The notes under the pieces are model-generated. The model had not been told where the DNA came from. It saw only the letters and a list, made by a program, of their open reading frames with translations, and ran no database searches. This document shows, piece by piece, positions 29,257 to 38,632 of a DNA stretch of 64,000 nucleotides. This DNA is from Escherichia phage ES19, in the sequence record MN508616.2, one strand, 5' to 3'. The first letter of the stretch is position 1. Every line of letters starts with the position of its first letter. A program made the position numbers and the translations under genes.

Positions 29257-30225
29257 TTATTTCAGAAGAGTAACCTCAGCGATTTCTTCCCAACCGTTTT
29301 TGTCGGTCATAATAAAGTCAGCAAGATAAAGTGCAGTACGCAGTGAAACATTGCGTAAACGATTAACATTGACTTTCATCCATGATAATGCTTTATAAGT
29401 TTCTTCATCAGAAAGACCGCGTTTTTGCATCATGTCAGTTGAAAGAATAACATCTTCAACCCTGACCATAATTTCTTCATTAGTGTGAACACCCAAATCT
29501 AAATAAACCGAGCGGGAAACTAATGCTTGTAAATGTGGAGCAAGTTTAGTACCACGGTCTAATTCGCGGTCAATGTCAACGTTTGTGATAAAAACAATCG
29601 TTCCTTTAAATTCAAACTCACGCTCAATGCCTTTTTCTTCTAAGTAAGAAGATGCAGTGCTCCAGCAGACTTTGCGGGTCTCTCCGGTGTCCAGAGCAGC
29701 TTTCAGAAGATTAAGAATGTCCATATCAGAGAAAACATCCACATCATCAATCAAAAGTACAGAATTCTCTTCACGATTATTCCAAAGCTGCTCATAAAGA
29801 CCAATACCAGAGATTTTACCATTAATGCTTTTATATTCAATGTATCCAATATCATTTGCTTTATTTAAAGCTTTATCTAAAGAATACGTTTTACCAATAC
29901 CCGCCGCACCAGAGATAATTAATGAACGAATGTTTCCGTTAATAATACCATTCGTCATCATTCCCATAACATTAAATCTTTTATTAATGCGGGTTTTCAT
30001 ATCTTCATACGATTCTTTAACTTCTTCAACTTTTACACCATCATATGAAATGTCTGATTTGTAAACCCAAACACCGCGACGCTTACCGTCAATTTCAACA
30101 AAAACTTTACCATCTCCTTGTGCATCTACCGGAGCATTATCTGGGAACCATTCACCTAAGAGCTCAAAAGTTCCAGAGATTTCTTTACCGAAGTAGATAC
30201 CCTTATTGATAGTTACAGTTTTCAT
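29257..30225 (-). CDS. P-loop NTPase (AAA-like ATPase) of unknown function
   Basis: Walker A GAAGIGKTY, Walker B VLLIDDVDVF; start at MKTVTINKG behind GGAGAATAAA and an early promoter. Confidence 0.55.
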   Translation of the reverse strand: MKTVTINKGIYFGKEISGTFELLGEWFPDNAPVDAQGDGKVFVEIDGKRRGVWVYKSDISYDGVKVEEVKESYEDMKTRINKRFNVMGMMTNGIINGNIRSLIISGAAGIGKTYSLDKALNKANDIGYIEYKSINGKISGIGLYEQLWNNREENSVLLIDDVDVFSDMDILNLLKAALDTGETRKVCWSTASSYLEEKGIEREFEFKGTIVFITNVDIDRELDRGTKLAPHLQALVSRSVYLDLGVHTNEEIMVRVEDVILSTDMMQKRGLSDEETYKALSWMKVNVNRLRNVSLRTALYLADFIMTDKNGWEEIAEVTLLK

Positions 30226-30259
30226 TTTATTCTCCAAATCCGTATCAGTTGATAGTTGT

Positions 30260-30289
30260 ATAGTACCATAAAGCTTTATGTTTGTAAAC
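30260..30289 (-). promoter_or_regulatory. T4-type early promoter (-35 GTTTAC, -10 TACTAT)
   Basis: Minus strand GTTTACAAACATAAAGCTTTATGGTACTAT upstream of the ATPase gene. Confidence 0.55.
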
Positions 30290-30312
30290 CGTTTTGTGAA
30301 AAATTTTTGAAA

Positions 30313-30340
30313 TAAAAAAAAAGGGAGCCCGAAGGCTCCC
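30313..30340 (-). terminator. intrinsic terminator (UUCG hairpin plus U-run)
   Basis: Minus strand GGGAGCC-UUCG-GGCTCCC followed by TTTTTTTTT, directly after the nucleotidyltransferase-like gene. Confidence 0.6.
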
Positions 30341-30342
30341 TA

Positions 30343-31356
30343 TCATTTATAATAACTTCGGTGGTTTTCAAGATAGACCTTCTCAAGGAAGTCATCCCAG
30401 AAACCCATGTCTACTTTTTGCTGCATACCGTTCTTAGAAGCTTCAGTAGATGCTGCTTCTACTTGATCGACCACATCTTCCAAAAACTCTTGAACAGTTT
30501 TAAATGGATGTTTACCCAACTTCACGTCGAGAATAAATGGAGCGTCTTGAAGTGGATAGACTAAGTCACCAGTTTTGTAAATTTCCAATAGTTGGAGTCC
30601 ACCACGGCAAGCATGACTCAGAGCTTTCCAGTCAATGCCCTCATTCGCTTCAGCCTTACGAGCACGTTCGCCGTATTCAGCATCAAGTTTATTCAAAGAT
30701 TGCTTAAGCTCAATAAGAGAAAGTGTTGTTTGATATTTACGACCCAACACAGTGTAGAACGTTTGTGGGCCTGTTTTCTCATGATTATGGAATACCCATT
30801 CACAGAATTCGTTCTCTGGAAGACGATGCTTAATATCTTCAACTTTAGTTCGACGCTGCTTAATGGAACCGTCTTCTTGGTAATCAACCCATTGCTCAGG
30901 GATTTGATTAACTACTTTCAATACATCACGTAATGCGGCCAAACGAGAACCCTTAACACCGTATTTAGAAGCTTGCTTGCGAACATATCCTAAATAGGAT
31001 TTCATGTTAGTCGTATAAAAACGAGAACGATTATCTTGGATAAACTTCCATACATCAGGCAAATCAGATTTAACCACTAGTTCAGGCGGAGTGTGAAGCA
31101 TATCCAATGCTACAGTTTCACCATCTGCCGCTAATTTAAAGAAATACTTAAGACTGTATAGTTCATGGTCAATATCATCTTTAGTGTTTTTAGATGATGT
31201 GTTGTTAGTGTTTTTGCTCATATGCTCTTTAACATTTCCGATAAGAATATCGCGAGCAGGAGGAACAAAAATTTCTTTAAAATCTACATCAGATTCTGGA
31301 GTAGAAGTTCCATAAAGATGACTACCAAAATAGCTTTTCATTACTGTTTTCATCAT
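30343..31356 (-). CDS. polymerase-beta-superfamily nucleotidyltransferase-like protein
   Basis: 337-aa ORF with N-terminal GSHLYGTSTPESDVDF (GS-x10-DxD nucleotidyltransferase signature) and a later DIDHE acidic motif; large C-terminal helical domain. Confidence 0.5.
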   Translation of the reverse strand: MMKTVMKSYFGSHLYGTSTPESDVDFKEIFVPPARDILIGNVKEHMSKNTNNTSSKNTKDDIDHELYSLKYFFKLAADGETVALDMLHTPPELVVKSDLPDVWKFIQDNRSRFYTTNMKSYLGYVRKQASKYGVKGSRLAALRDVLKVVNQIPEQWVDYQEDGSIKQRRTKVEDIKHRLPENEFCEWVFHNHEKTGPQTFYTVLGRKYQTTLSLIELKQSLNKLDAEYGERARKAEANEGIDWKALSHACRGGLQLLEIYKTGDLVYPLQDAPFILDVKLGKHPFKTVQEFLEDVVDQVEAASTEASKNGMQQKVDMGFWDDFLEKVYLENHRSYYK

Positions 31357-31814
31357 TCAGCCTTATATTCAATAACAGGACATACTTTAGCTTTACGCGC
31401 TTTTAAAAATTCGACGATAATAGATTTCTTGGGTTGAATAGGAGGTAAACCTTTATACGCCCTATCAATATTTTCTACATGTAAAGCATAATCCTTTTTC
31501 CATTTATAATCTTTATATTTTTCATGCAGTTGTGCAGGAATAACAAATGAACCAATAATAAGTAAAATAAGCAAAATGGCAAGTATAAATGCTGATGGAA
31601 TAAGAGTCCATAAACTACCAAAAATAAGCCATTTCTGTATGATTTCTGCGCAGATAATAGTTAGACCTGCGAGTATAGTACATCCGAAAAAAGAAACGAA
31701 AAATGTAGGGATAACAATAGACCAAAAGTATGCACACAGTGTCTTAGGTCGTTTCCATTCGTCGTTAAACAGTTTGAATAATTTATAGTGCCAAGAGTTT
31801 TCATTAATAATCAT
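31353..31814 (-). CDS. hypothetical membrane protein
   Basis: 153-aa ORF with two long hydrophobic helices; translationally coupled to the downstream NTase gene (4-nt overlap). Confidence 0.45.
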   Translation of the reverse strand: MIINENSWHYKLFKLFNDEWKRPKTLCAYFWSIVIPTFFVSFFGCTILAGLTIICAEIIQKWLIFGSLWTLIPSAFILAILLILLIIGSFVIPAQLHEKYKDYKWKKDYALHVENIDRAYKGLPPIQPKKSIIVEFLKARKAKVCPVIEYKAE

Positions 31815-31816
31815 AA

Positions 31817-32338
31817 TTATCCTTTCATTGAAGGTGTAACAGTTGTTAAATACTTAATCATAGCTTCAGCTTCTGATTTTGATAATGAAATTTCTCCATT
31901 GTTTTGACGAATAGAAATAAAATCCGGATGACGGTCACCACCAGCTTTTAAAACACACATATAAGTATCAGTTTCATCTTCAATATCTGAAATGATTGAA
32001 GCAGTTCCACATGAATGTGGTTTTTGATAAATCAATACAGCTTTTCTTCCACCGTTTGACTGTTCATAAACTTTTAACACATCAAACAAATCGCTTCTTT
32101 TATCAATAGCTAAGATGTTGTTTTCATCTTCAATATTAAATCCTTCGGATACTTCATAAAGTGTCACCCATAAATCACCAATATCAATAACAGCGTTCAC
32201 TTTTCCATGACTTTCAAGAGCATTACAAATTTTCTTAATTTCATCATAACTCATTTTAATAATATCATCTCCTTGAATAAGGAAGATGTCATTTTTAAAT
32301 TCAACACGAATTAAACCACTTCCACTTGAAATAAACAT
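31817..32338 (-). CDS. hypothetical protein, tandem paralog pair member
   Basis: 173-aa ORF; C terminus SEAEAMIKYLTTVTPSMKG parallels DEAIALKTYLDSVIPTMISK of the next ORF. Confidence 0.45.
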   Translation of the reverse strand: MFISSGSGLIRVEFKNDIFLIQGDDIIKMSYDEIKKICNALESHGKVNAVIDIGDLWVTLYEVSEGFNIEDENNILAIDKRSDLFDVLKVYEQSNGGRKAVLIYQKPHSCGTASIISDIEDETDTYMCVLKAGGDRHPDFISIRQNNGEISLSKSEAEAMIKYLTTVTPSMKG

Positions 32339-32344
32339 ATTTCC

Positions 32345-32902
32345 TCACTTTGAAATCATAGTTGGAATGACAGAATCGAGATAAGTCTTTAGCGCAATAG
32401 CTTCGTCTTTGGTAAATGTGACAATATACGATCGAAAATCATCAATTTGACGAATAGTTAAGACATCACCATCTTCATAGCATTTTGATACGTTTAAAAC
32501 AGTTTCATCATTCTGATTGCAAGCGTTAGTAATAATAGCATTGCAATTTTTGAGCCATTTTAAACTATGTTTTCTTTCATTAGAATAATAAAAATATTTA
32601 ATCTTATCTATAAAACTATCCCAATGGATAACTGATAAACACATTGACTCACTTTTAATATTAAATCCTGGGCATGAAGAATAAAAATGAATTTTGTGCT
32701 CATCATTGATGCTTACTATTTTATCAGTATAAGGATATTCAATTTGGGTTAAATGAATGATTTCACTAGGCGTAAAATATAGCATATCGTCTTCTTGTGT
32801 CAAACGATACATATTATTTACTTTTTCTATAGCTAATTCACCAAAAAGCGGACTAACTTCTAATACTAATCGTTTCATATTGATTCTCTTCGACTCACCC
32901 AC
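32345..32902 (-). CDS. hypothetical protein, tandem paralog pair member
   Basis: 185-aa ORF; shared C-terminal motif with the 31817..32338 product. Confidence 0.45.
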   Translation of the reverse strand: MGESKRINMKRLVLEVSPLFGELAIEKVNNMYRLTQEDDMLYFTPSEIIHLTQIEYPYTDKIVSINDEHKIHFYSSCPGFNIKSESMCLSVIHWDSFIDKIKYFYYSNERKHSLKWLKNCNAIITNACNQNDETVLNVSKCYEDGDVLTIRQIDDFRSYIVTFTKDEAIALKTYLDSVIPTMISK

Positions 32903-33232
32903 AATTACATACTCCTTTGAATAATATCAATAATGTTGTTCACCAGATTATAAGTAAACATTGGATAATTATATTGAATCATCACATACACAACAAACAA
33001 AACTTTCATTCTCTTCTCCTTGGCAGTTGACAAGATTACTATATCATAACCTTGCCAACTTGTAAACCATTAAATGACGTTTTCAATAAAATTCTGAAGC
33101 TTTGTGTGAGCATCAACCATGATTTTCATTTCTTCCTTTGCGAAAGCTGTACCTCTTTCCCTAGCAGAATACTCATAGTCAGAAACTGCATTAGCATATT
33201 CTTCAATTAGCTTCATTAAAAACATCTGCTTT

Positions 33233-33427
33233 TCAGTTTTCATTATTCCACCTAATCATTTCAAGATATTGAACTAACTTAGCTTTGGATTTATCCAAAT
33301 CCTTTTTAGCTGCTTCTATACCATCGTATGAGTATCCTTCACAATGCTCAACTGCTAATTGATATGAATCTATTTCAACATCACGTGCTAATTTAATAAT
33401 TTTTTCAAACTGTTCACGTGTTAGCAT
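33233..33427 (-). CDS. hypothetical small protein
   Basis: 64-aa ORF. Confidence 0.4.
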   Translation of the reverse strand: MLTREQFEKIIKLARDVEIDSYQLAVEHCEGYSYDGIEAAKKDLDKSKAKLVQYLEMIRWNNEN

Positions 33428-33429
33428 AC

Positions 33430-33669
33430 TTAAACTCTCGTATTATGATCGATAATTTCATCAAGAAACATATCTAAAGCTTCTACAGCATTATCAACTT
33501 TAGCTTCAAATTTTTCAATACCTTTATTTGCAATGCCTGCCGAAAACCAAGCAAAGTCACTAAGTTCCTCATCTGCTTTGCGAATTAAAGCTACCAATTC
33601 TTTAATTTTATCTGCTTGTTCAATTCTAGTCATTATTCCACCACATATGAAAGAGAGAATATTGCACAC
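33430..33669 (-). CDS. hypothetical small protein
   Basis: 79-aa ORF. Confidence 0.4.
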   Translation of the reverse strand: MCNILSFICGGIMTRIEQADKIKELVALIRKADEELSDFAWFSAGIANKGIEKFEAKVDNAVEALDMFLDEIIDHNTRV

Positions 33670-33821
33670 GCCATATGAGTTGCAGCTTCATCACACATAT
33701 CATAACGTTTCTTAAGAAGTTCTACAAGTTCTTCACTAGTAACTTCATCCATGTCGACGAAAAAATCACCATTAATGATGACGTAGATATTTCCTTCTTG
33801 ATTGAGTGCTTCAATTTTCAT
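33633..33821 (-). CDS. hypothetical small acidic protein
   Basis: Start at [10 protein letters not shown] behind AAAGAGGAGAACATC and an early promoter. Confidence 0.4.
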   Translation of the reverse strand: MKIEALNQEGNIYVIINGDFFVDMDEVTSEELVELLKKRYDMCDEAATHMACAIFSLSYVVE

Positions 33822-33849
33822 GATGTTCTCCTCTTTATCCGATGGTTGT

Positions 33850-33879
33850 ATAGTATCACAGCTCAAATTGAAAGTAAAC
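33850..33879 (-). promoter_or_regulatory. T4-type early promoter (-35 GTTTAC, -10 TACTAT)
   Basis: Minus strand GTTTACTTTCAATTTGAGCTGTGATACTAT. Confidence 0.5.
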
Positions 33880-33889
33880 TGGTAAAATG

Positions 33890-33912
33890 AAAAAAGTCTC
33901 CCGAAGGAGACT
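33890..33912 (-). terminator. intrinsic terminator (UUCG hairpin plus U-run)
   Basis: Minus strand AGTCTCC-UUCG-GGAGACT followed by TTTTT, after the ORF ending at 33917. Confidence 0.55.
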
Positions 33913-33916
33913 AATG

Positions 33917-34303
33917 TTATTCGAGGGAAAGAAGATATTTGCTCTGGTAAAACATCCCAGTAATATCATCTATCGTGCTTTGAATGGCTGGAGGCATTTC
34001 TTTATAAATGCTGTTAGATTGGTCTAGTATGTGATCAATCATTCTAATTGTGTCGGTAGGAAGTTTACTGGCATCTGGAATAGAAGGCGTGTATTTTCTA
34101 CCAGAATACCCCAAATATTGCTCACCAAATTTATCAATCAAATCTGGCAACTCAGAGAAAATAAAATCGTATGCTTTGTGTCTAGCATAACTTTTAGTTT
34201 CAAAATGCGCAGAATGAAAATAAGCTTGTGCAGCCATTAATAAACCTAAGTATTCATCTGCCTTTGAAGGTTTTCCACTTTGTGAAAAGTCGCTGAATTT
34301 CAT
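33917..34303 (-). CDS. hypothetical protein downstream of rI
   Basis: 128-aa ORF overlapping the rI stop. Confidence 0.45.
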   Translation of the reverse strand: MKFSDFSQSGKPSKADEYLGLLMAAQAYFHSAHFETKSYARHKAYDFIFSELPDLIDKFGEQYLGYSGRKYTPSIPDASKLPTDTIRMIDHILDQSNSIYKEMPPAIQSTIDDITGMFYQSKYLLSLE

Positions 34304-34593
34304 TCAGTCTCCAATTTAATGTTCATAATTCTAGCGTATGATTGTGCCATCTCCGCGCCTCGCTCTATACATTCAAAATCGGAAGAGCACGGGTCATTTT
34401 TATAAGTCGTTCGCATAAAACTATAGAACTGTTCAGATGATTCTACGCTTTTGTTTTCAAAAAGCATATAAACGTGTCTAATACCAGATTCCATAAATTT
34501 ATCAAAATGAGGATCGACATTCGCTTCAATTGGTGGAGATAAAGCAAACGCTAATCCTAGCATGGCAAATAGTGCCGTTGCTTTTAAGGCCAT
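34300..34593 (-). CDS. rI: lysis-inhibition regulator RI (periplasmic antiholin)
   Basis: 97-aa ORF MALKATALFAMLGLAFALSPPIEANVDPHFDKFMESGIRHV... with N-terminal signal-anchor; matches T4 RI. Confidence 0.85.
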   Translation of the reverse strand: MALKATALFAMLGLAFALSPPIEANVDPHFDKFMESGIRHVYMLFENKSVESSEQFYSFMRTTYKNDPCSSDFECIERGAEMAQSYARIMNIKLETE

Positions 34594-34605
34594 AAAGGCC
34601 TCCTA

Positions 34606-34818
34606 TCATTTTTGTCCTGTATTTACTTTATGCCGATGCACGGCCTTAACTTTATCAAGGTATTTTTCAAAATTTCGCAATCTAGTATAGTCTGCCGGAG
34701 ATTGGTTGAGTGATACTTCTCGACGCAAAGCTGAAATGATATTTCCAACTTCCCTACGAATTTCATCTAATTGAAGAACAGTAAGATTGCGAAGTTGCTT
34801 TTCAGTTAATTGTAGCAT
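34606..34818 (-). CDS. hypothetical small protein
   Basis: 70-aa ORF between tk and rI. Confidence 0.4.
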
Positions 34819-34860
34819 ATATACCCCTTTAGTTAGATAAACCTATTTATAACTTTTGCA

Positions 34861-35442
34861 CTAACCGAGCTTTTTAGTTAATTCATTCCAATGTTTTCTA
34901 CACAAAGAAACATAAATTTCATCACCAATACAGATTTGATTACCTTCTTTAACTGGTGTTCCATCTTCCATTAATCGAGCTGTCATAATAGCTTTTTTAC
35001 CACAATGACAAACTGCCTTTAGTTCAATAAGTTTATCTGCAATCGCCAAAAGTTCTTTAGAACCTTCAAATAATTTTCCAGCGAAATCAGTCCTTAGCCC
35101 ATAAGCCATAACAGGAACATTATATGTATCAACAATTCGACTTAATTGATGCACCTGTTCAGTTTTTAAAAACTGAGCTTCATCTACAAATACACAATGA
35201 ATATCTTTTTGTGCTTCAGCCCATTTATAGAACTCAAAAATATCCATATCATCCGTAATAATATTCGCTTCCTGCTTAATTCCAATGCGAGAAACGACTT
35301 CACAGACAGAATCGCGAGTATCAATAGCAGGCTTAAGAACTAATACACCCATTCCGCGTTCTTTATAATTATGTGCAGCAGTCAAAAGAGAAGCAGATTT
35401 TCCAGCATTCATTGCTGCGTAAGTAAAAATTAAACTCGCCAT
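34861..35442 (-). CDS. tk: thymidine kinase
   Basis: 193-aa ORF; P-loop MNAGKSASLL, VFVDEAQF, C-terminal Zn-binding CHCGKKA...C..C motifs. Confidence 0.9.
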   Translation of the reverse strand: MASLIFTYAAMNAGKSASLLTAAHNYKERGMGVLVLKPAIDTRDSVCEVVSRIGIKQEANIITDDMDIFEFYKWAEAQKDIHCVFVDEAQFLKTEQVHQLSRIVDTYNVPVMAYGLRTDFAGKLFEGSKELLAIADKLIELKAVCHCGKKAIMTARLMEDGTPVKEGNQICIGDEIYVSLCRKHWNELTKKLG

Positions 35443-35451
35443 ATCACCTTC

Positions 35452-35637
35452 TTAAAGCATATTCACATAAGCTATTAATTCGTTTTCTTTCTTATCAAAC
35501 CGATCAGCAAATTCTTCTTGCTGTTCGGGAGATAGCGGGCCGTATTCATCATAAAAGGTGTTTGCTTCTGTATGCTCATCTAGAAGTTCATGGATAAGCT
35601 CAAACAATTTATCTTTTTGTTCTTTACTCAGACTCAT
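35452..35637 (-). CDS. hypothetical small acidic protein
   Basis: 61-aa ORF. Confidence 0.4.
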   Translation of the reverse strand: MSLSKEQKDKLFELIHELLDEHTEANTFYDEYGPLSPEQQEEFADRFDKKENELIAYVNML

Positions 35638-35803
35638 ATATTAATTTCCAGGAGTTTTAAAATAATTCGCTTTTGCTTAAATATTTCCATAGTTAAATGA
35701 CCAGTATCTTTTTGACCGATTCCAATGGCAAAACCTTTATTGACAGCGAGTTCAATTAAATTATCAAGCTCACGTAACACTTCATACTGTAACTCAAAAC
35801 TAT

Positions 35804-36016
35804 TCATTTCGGTTTACCTTCTTTAACGAAATCTGGATAAGGATAAAATCCCGAATAAAATCCTTCACCTTTATGATTGATGCATCCTTTATTAGAACAA
35901 TAGCACCAATAATCGAAATCACAAGCCATTTCATCGTTGCATAAAGCAAAAACAACTGGCCATTTACACTTTTCACAATGGGCATTTTTAAGAATACTAG
36001 TTTGGCTCATAACCAT
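35804..36016 (-). CDS. hypothetical Cys-rich small protein (possible Zn-binding)
   Basis: 70-aa ORF with CEKCKW...C...C..WCYCSNKGC pattern. Confidence 0.4.
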   Translation of the reverse strand: MVMSQTSILKNAHCEKCKWPVVFALCNDEMACDFDYWCYCSNKGCINHKGEGFYSGFYPYPDFVKEGKPK

Positions 36017-36234
36017 GTAACCTTTAAGCAGTATTCTTCTACATGCTGTTTACGACCTTTCTTATCAATAAAGGTATATTCAACGAATGTTCCAATGTAG
36101 TCTTTATCTACATCATGCGGACTATTAATTGGACATTTAGTACGGCAAATGCGTTCCCATTGACGAATAATTACTGCCTTATTCTTTGGGTCATATGGAT
36201 GTGGATAATGTATATTCATAATAACGGTTCCCAA
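36007..36234 (-). CDS. hypothetical small protein
   Basis: 75-aa ORF. Confidence 0.4.
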   Translation of the reverse strand: MGTVIMNIHYPHPYDPKNKAVIIRQWERICRTKCPINSPHDVDKDYIGTFVEYTFIDKKGRKQHVEEYCLKVTWL

Positions 36235-36683
36235 TCAACAATCACAATTTCTAATTTAGAGGAATATGTATCTAAAATCCCCTCAATAATATCCCAGTTC
36301 CCTTTACCTATGCCTGCACCAATCCTAGGCATATAGATTGTAGGTTTAATCAGTTTATTTTCACCAAACTCATTTAATTCTAACATACAATTCATTAAAG
36401 CGGAATACTCAAAATTTGGCCCTGGTTGAAATTGAGTATAAAGGTTGAAGCAATACGCTTTATGAGTCCTAAAGTATTTTTCATAGACTGAGTAAGAACC
36501 GAGTTTAGTTACATCACCCCATTCAGTCTGTAATTTATCAGCTTCCAAAATTTTAGGGAAAGCTTTGGTTAATTGACCCGCTACGCCTGAACCCATAGTA
36601 TGAAAACAATTGCATCCATGCGCAATATTTTTACCTTCAGCGAAAAGGGTGACAATATCGCCCTTGATATATTTTACAATCAT
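36216..36683 (-). CDS. macro-domain-like (ADP-ribose-binding/processing) protein
   Basis: 155-aa ORF with Gly-rich motifs HTMGSGVAGQ and RIGAGIGKG resembling macro-domain ligand-binding loops; assignment from motif reading only. Confidence 0.4.
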   Translation of the reverse strand: MIVKYIKGDIVTLFAEGKNIAHGCNCFHTMGSGVAGQLTKAFPKILEADKLQTEWGDVTKLGSYSVYEKYFRTHKAYCFNLYTQFQPGPNFEYSALMNCMLELNEFGENKLIKPTIYMPRIGAGIGKGNWDIIEGILDTYSSKLEIVIVDWEPLL

Positions 36684-37021
36684 CTAGTACTCAATCCTCG
36701 ATTATAAGAATCTACCAAACGGTCAACCATTGAATGACAAGCGGCTTTATCTTTCTCCTCCGCAACTGAACATTCTAAGGTATTCCACTTTTTAGCATAT
36801 CGTTTTAATAATGTATCGTTTTTGTATCTGCTTGATTTATCTCTTTCTCCGTCTTTATATGCATATATTAATTTCTGCGCAAATTCAGCTTGGCATGCTT
36901 TATTTTTCCCACAATAATCCGCGGCAGTACGGTTTACATACTCTCTAATTTCAGTATATGATGTATCTGCTAACGCAGAAAATGAAATTAATCCTATACA
37001 TAAAACCAAAATTTTAGTCAT
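36680..37021 (-). CDS. hypothetical secreted protein
   Basis: 113-aa ORF with signal peptide MTKILVLCIGLISFSALA and four Cys. Confidence 0.45.
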   Translation of the reverse strand: MTKILVLCIGLISFSALADTSYTEIREYVNRTAADYCGKNKACQAEFAQKLIYAYKDGERDKSSRYKNDTLLKRYAKKWNTLECSVAEEKDKAACHSMVDRLVDSYNRGLSTR

Positions 37022-37559
37022 TTACTATTTCCAAAAGTTTATTATTTTTAAGGTAATTAGCCTTTTCTAGGACTTCAGAAGCATATTTAGAACCAGCTTT
37101 AACATTCCATCCCGAATTATAAGAGGATATTGCTTTTCTTATATCGCCCTTATGTATATTTAACCAATAAGAAAGTTCAATGTACGCCCAGGAAGCTGAA
37201 TTGGATCGTTTATTCAACATTCTTTTTATTTCAGCATCGGTCATATTATAACCAAGTTCCTTAACTCTTGCTCGCATAGTAGGCAAATAATTTTGGAACA
37301 TTCCATAAGCGTGATGCTTTGGTTTAGATTTTAAATTAACTCCGCCAGAGCTTTCTTGCCATAAAATGGCTGCCATTATATGGCCTAATCCGCTCTTGTG
37401 GATGTTTTTGTGTGTTTTATATTTTCCATCCTTAGAAAATTGTTCCCCGAATTGATACGCGTAACGCATGTTATCGAGTTGGACATTACTGAAAGTATGC
37501 TCGGAGCTATGTGCCATCATTGAAATGGCCAATAGACCAGCGAGTAGTGCTTTTCTCAT
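37014..37559 (-). CDS. secreted lytic-transglycosylase-like (SLT-fold) protein
   Basis: 181-aa ORF with signal peptide MRKALLAGLLAISMMAHS; ILWQESSGG...AYGMFQ...YNSG motifs resembling the SLT catalytic region. Confidence 0.5.
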   Translation of the reverse strand: MRKALLAGLLAISMMAHSSEHTFSNVQLDNMRYAYQFGEQFSKDGKYKTHKNIHKSGLGHIMAAILWQESSGGVNLKSKPKHHAYGMFQNYLPTMRARVKELGYNMTDAEIKRMLNKRSNSASWAYIELSYWLNIHKGDIRKAISSYNSGWNVKAGSKYASEVLEKANYLKNNKLLEIVND

Positions 37560-37566
37560 GCTTACC

Positions 37567-38028
37567 TCATTGAGTTTTAATTACTGCTTTAGAAGCCTTT
37601 CCTGGTAAACGACGACTGTTGATAATTGCCATCCTGCATTGAAGTGACGGGTTTTTGAACTTCTCATTAGGCTTACAAACCGTAAATCCAAGCCAAAGAT
37701 TTCCATCTGTGATTTCTAAACGTCCAGGACGATATTCAACCCCATCAATAAAATCCTCGTCAATGTCAGGACGCGGAGGCATACTCAGGAATTCATTAAC
37801 TTCTAAAACATGGTCTTTTATTTTATGGAATAATTCAAAAACATATGTCTCATCAATCTCCCGTTGAATTGCACGATCAAGAAGATGTTGAGAATATTTT
37901 AGATGAAACGATGAGACTCCTGCTGCTTTTGATGCCTCACGAATCTCATTGTTAATTTGACGAAACTCCGACTCAAAATGACGACGAAGCTTATTTCGAC
38001 GGATAAAAACTTCTGTATTGATAGTCAT
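37567..38028 (-). CDS. regB: RegB site-specific endoribonuclease
   Basis: 153-aa ORF MTINTEVFIRRNKLRRHFESEFRQINNEI...; length and sequence match T4 RegB; own early promoter. Confidence 0.85.
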   Translation of the reverse strand: MTINTEVFIRRNKLRRHFESEFRQINNEIREASKAAGVSSFHLKYSQHLLDRAIQREIDETYVFELFHKIKDHVLEVNEFLSMPPRPDIDEDFIDGVEYRPGRLEITDGNLWLGFTVCKPNEKFKNPSLQCRMAIINSRRLPGKASKAVIKTQ

Positions 38029-38056
38029 GTTGTTCTCCTCTTAACTGATAGAAAAA

Positions 38057-38085
38057 TTATACCACAGTCAAGAGGAAAAGTAAAC
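38057..38085 (-). promoter_or_regulatory. T4-type early promoter for regB (-35 GTTTAC, -10 TATAAT)
   Basis: Minus strand GTTTACTTTTCCTCTTGACTGTGGTATAAT followed by GAGGAGAACAAC ATG. Confidence 0.6.
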
Positions 38086-38087
38086 AG

Positions 38088-38366
38088 TTATTCTTTAAAT
38101 CTAATCAATTTATTCATAGACTTTGAAACTTCTGCACGAACCTCATGTAGATTTTTGAGCTGTTCAAGACGCTGCGTATAGTAAGCAATTTCATCTTCTT
38201 CGAGACAGTCCTGTGAATCTTCTTTAAGATACCGTGCATAGTCCTGGAAAGCGTTACGGACTACTTCCTGGAAGTCATCAAGACTTTGAATTTTCTTAGG
38301 AGCAGCAGACACACGACGAGGGGCAGTATAATACTCATAACCAAACCCTGCGCTTAATTGAGCCAT
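38088..38366 (-). CDS. hypothetical protein
   Basis: Start at [13 protein letters not shown] using the TAATG overlap with the upstream ORF. Confidence 0.4.
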   Translation of the reverse strand: MAQLSAGFGYEYYTAPRRVSAAPKKIQSLDDFQEVVRNAFQDYARYLKEDSQDCLEEDEIAYYTQRLEQLKNLHEVRAEVSKSMNKLIRFKE

Positions 38367-38632
38367 TAGTATTTTTCCTCTGGTTGGAACACAGCACGAC
38401 AAGCCCACATACTGGCTTCTTTGAGTTTCGTTTTAGCAATAGCTAACTGATCGAGGCTTTCAGCATAATTCTTCGCGAGTTCAAAGTCTTCGCAATTATC
38501 TAGTGCTTCCCAGAATTCATCATATAAAGCATCAAAGATAAGTCCTAAACGAACTTCAGCGTCTTTAATAGCATTTACTTTACCGATTTTTTCGTCGGTA
38601 TGTGGCTTATAACCTTTAATATCTTCAATCAT
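38366..38632 (-). CDS. hypothetical protein
   Basis: Start at [11 protein letters not shown] (internal ATG). Confidence 0.4.
   Translation of the reverse strand: MIEDIKGYKPHTDEKIGKVNAIKDAEVRLGLIFDALYDEFWEALDNCEDFELAKNYAESLDQLAIAKTKLKEASMWACRAVFQPEEKY

Noticed and set aside
35800-35985. 61-aa ORF in an alternative frame over the Cys-rich gene
   Set aside because: Same strand and region as the 35804..36016 frame, which has the more protein-like Cys pattern; only one can be real.
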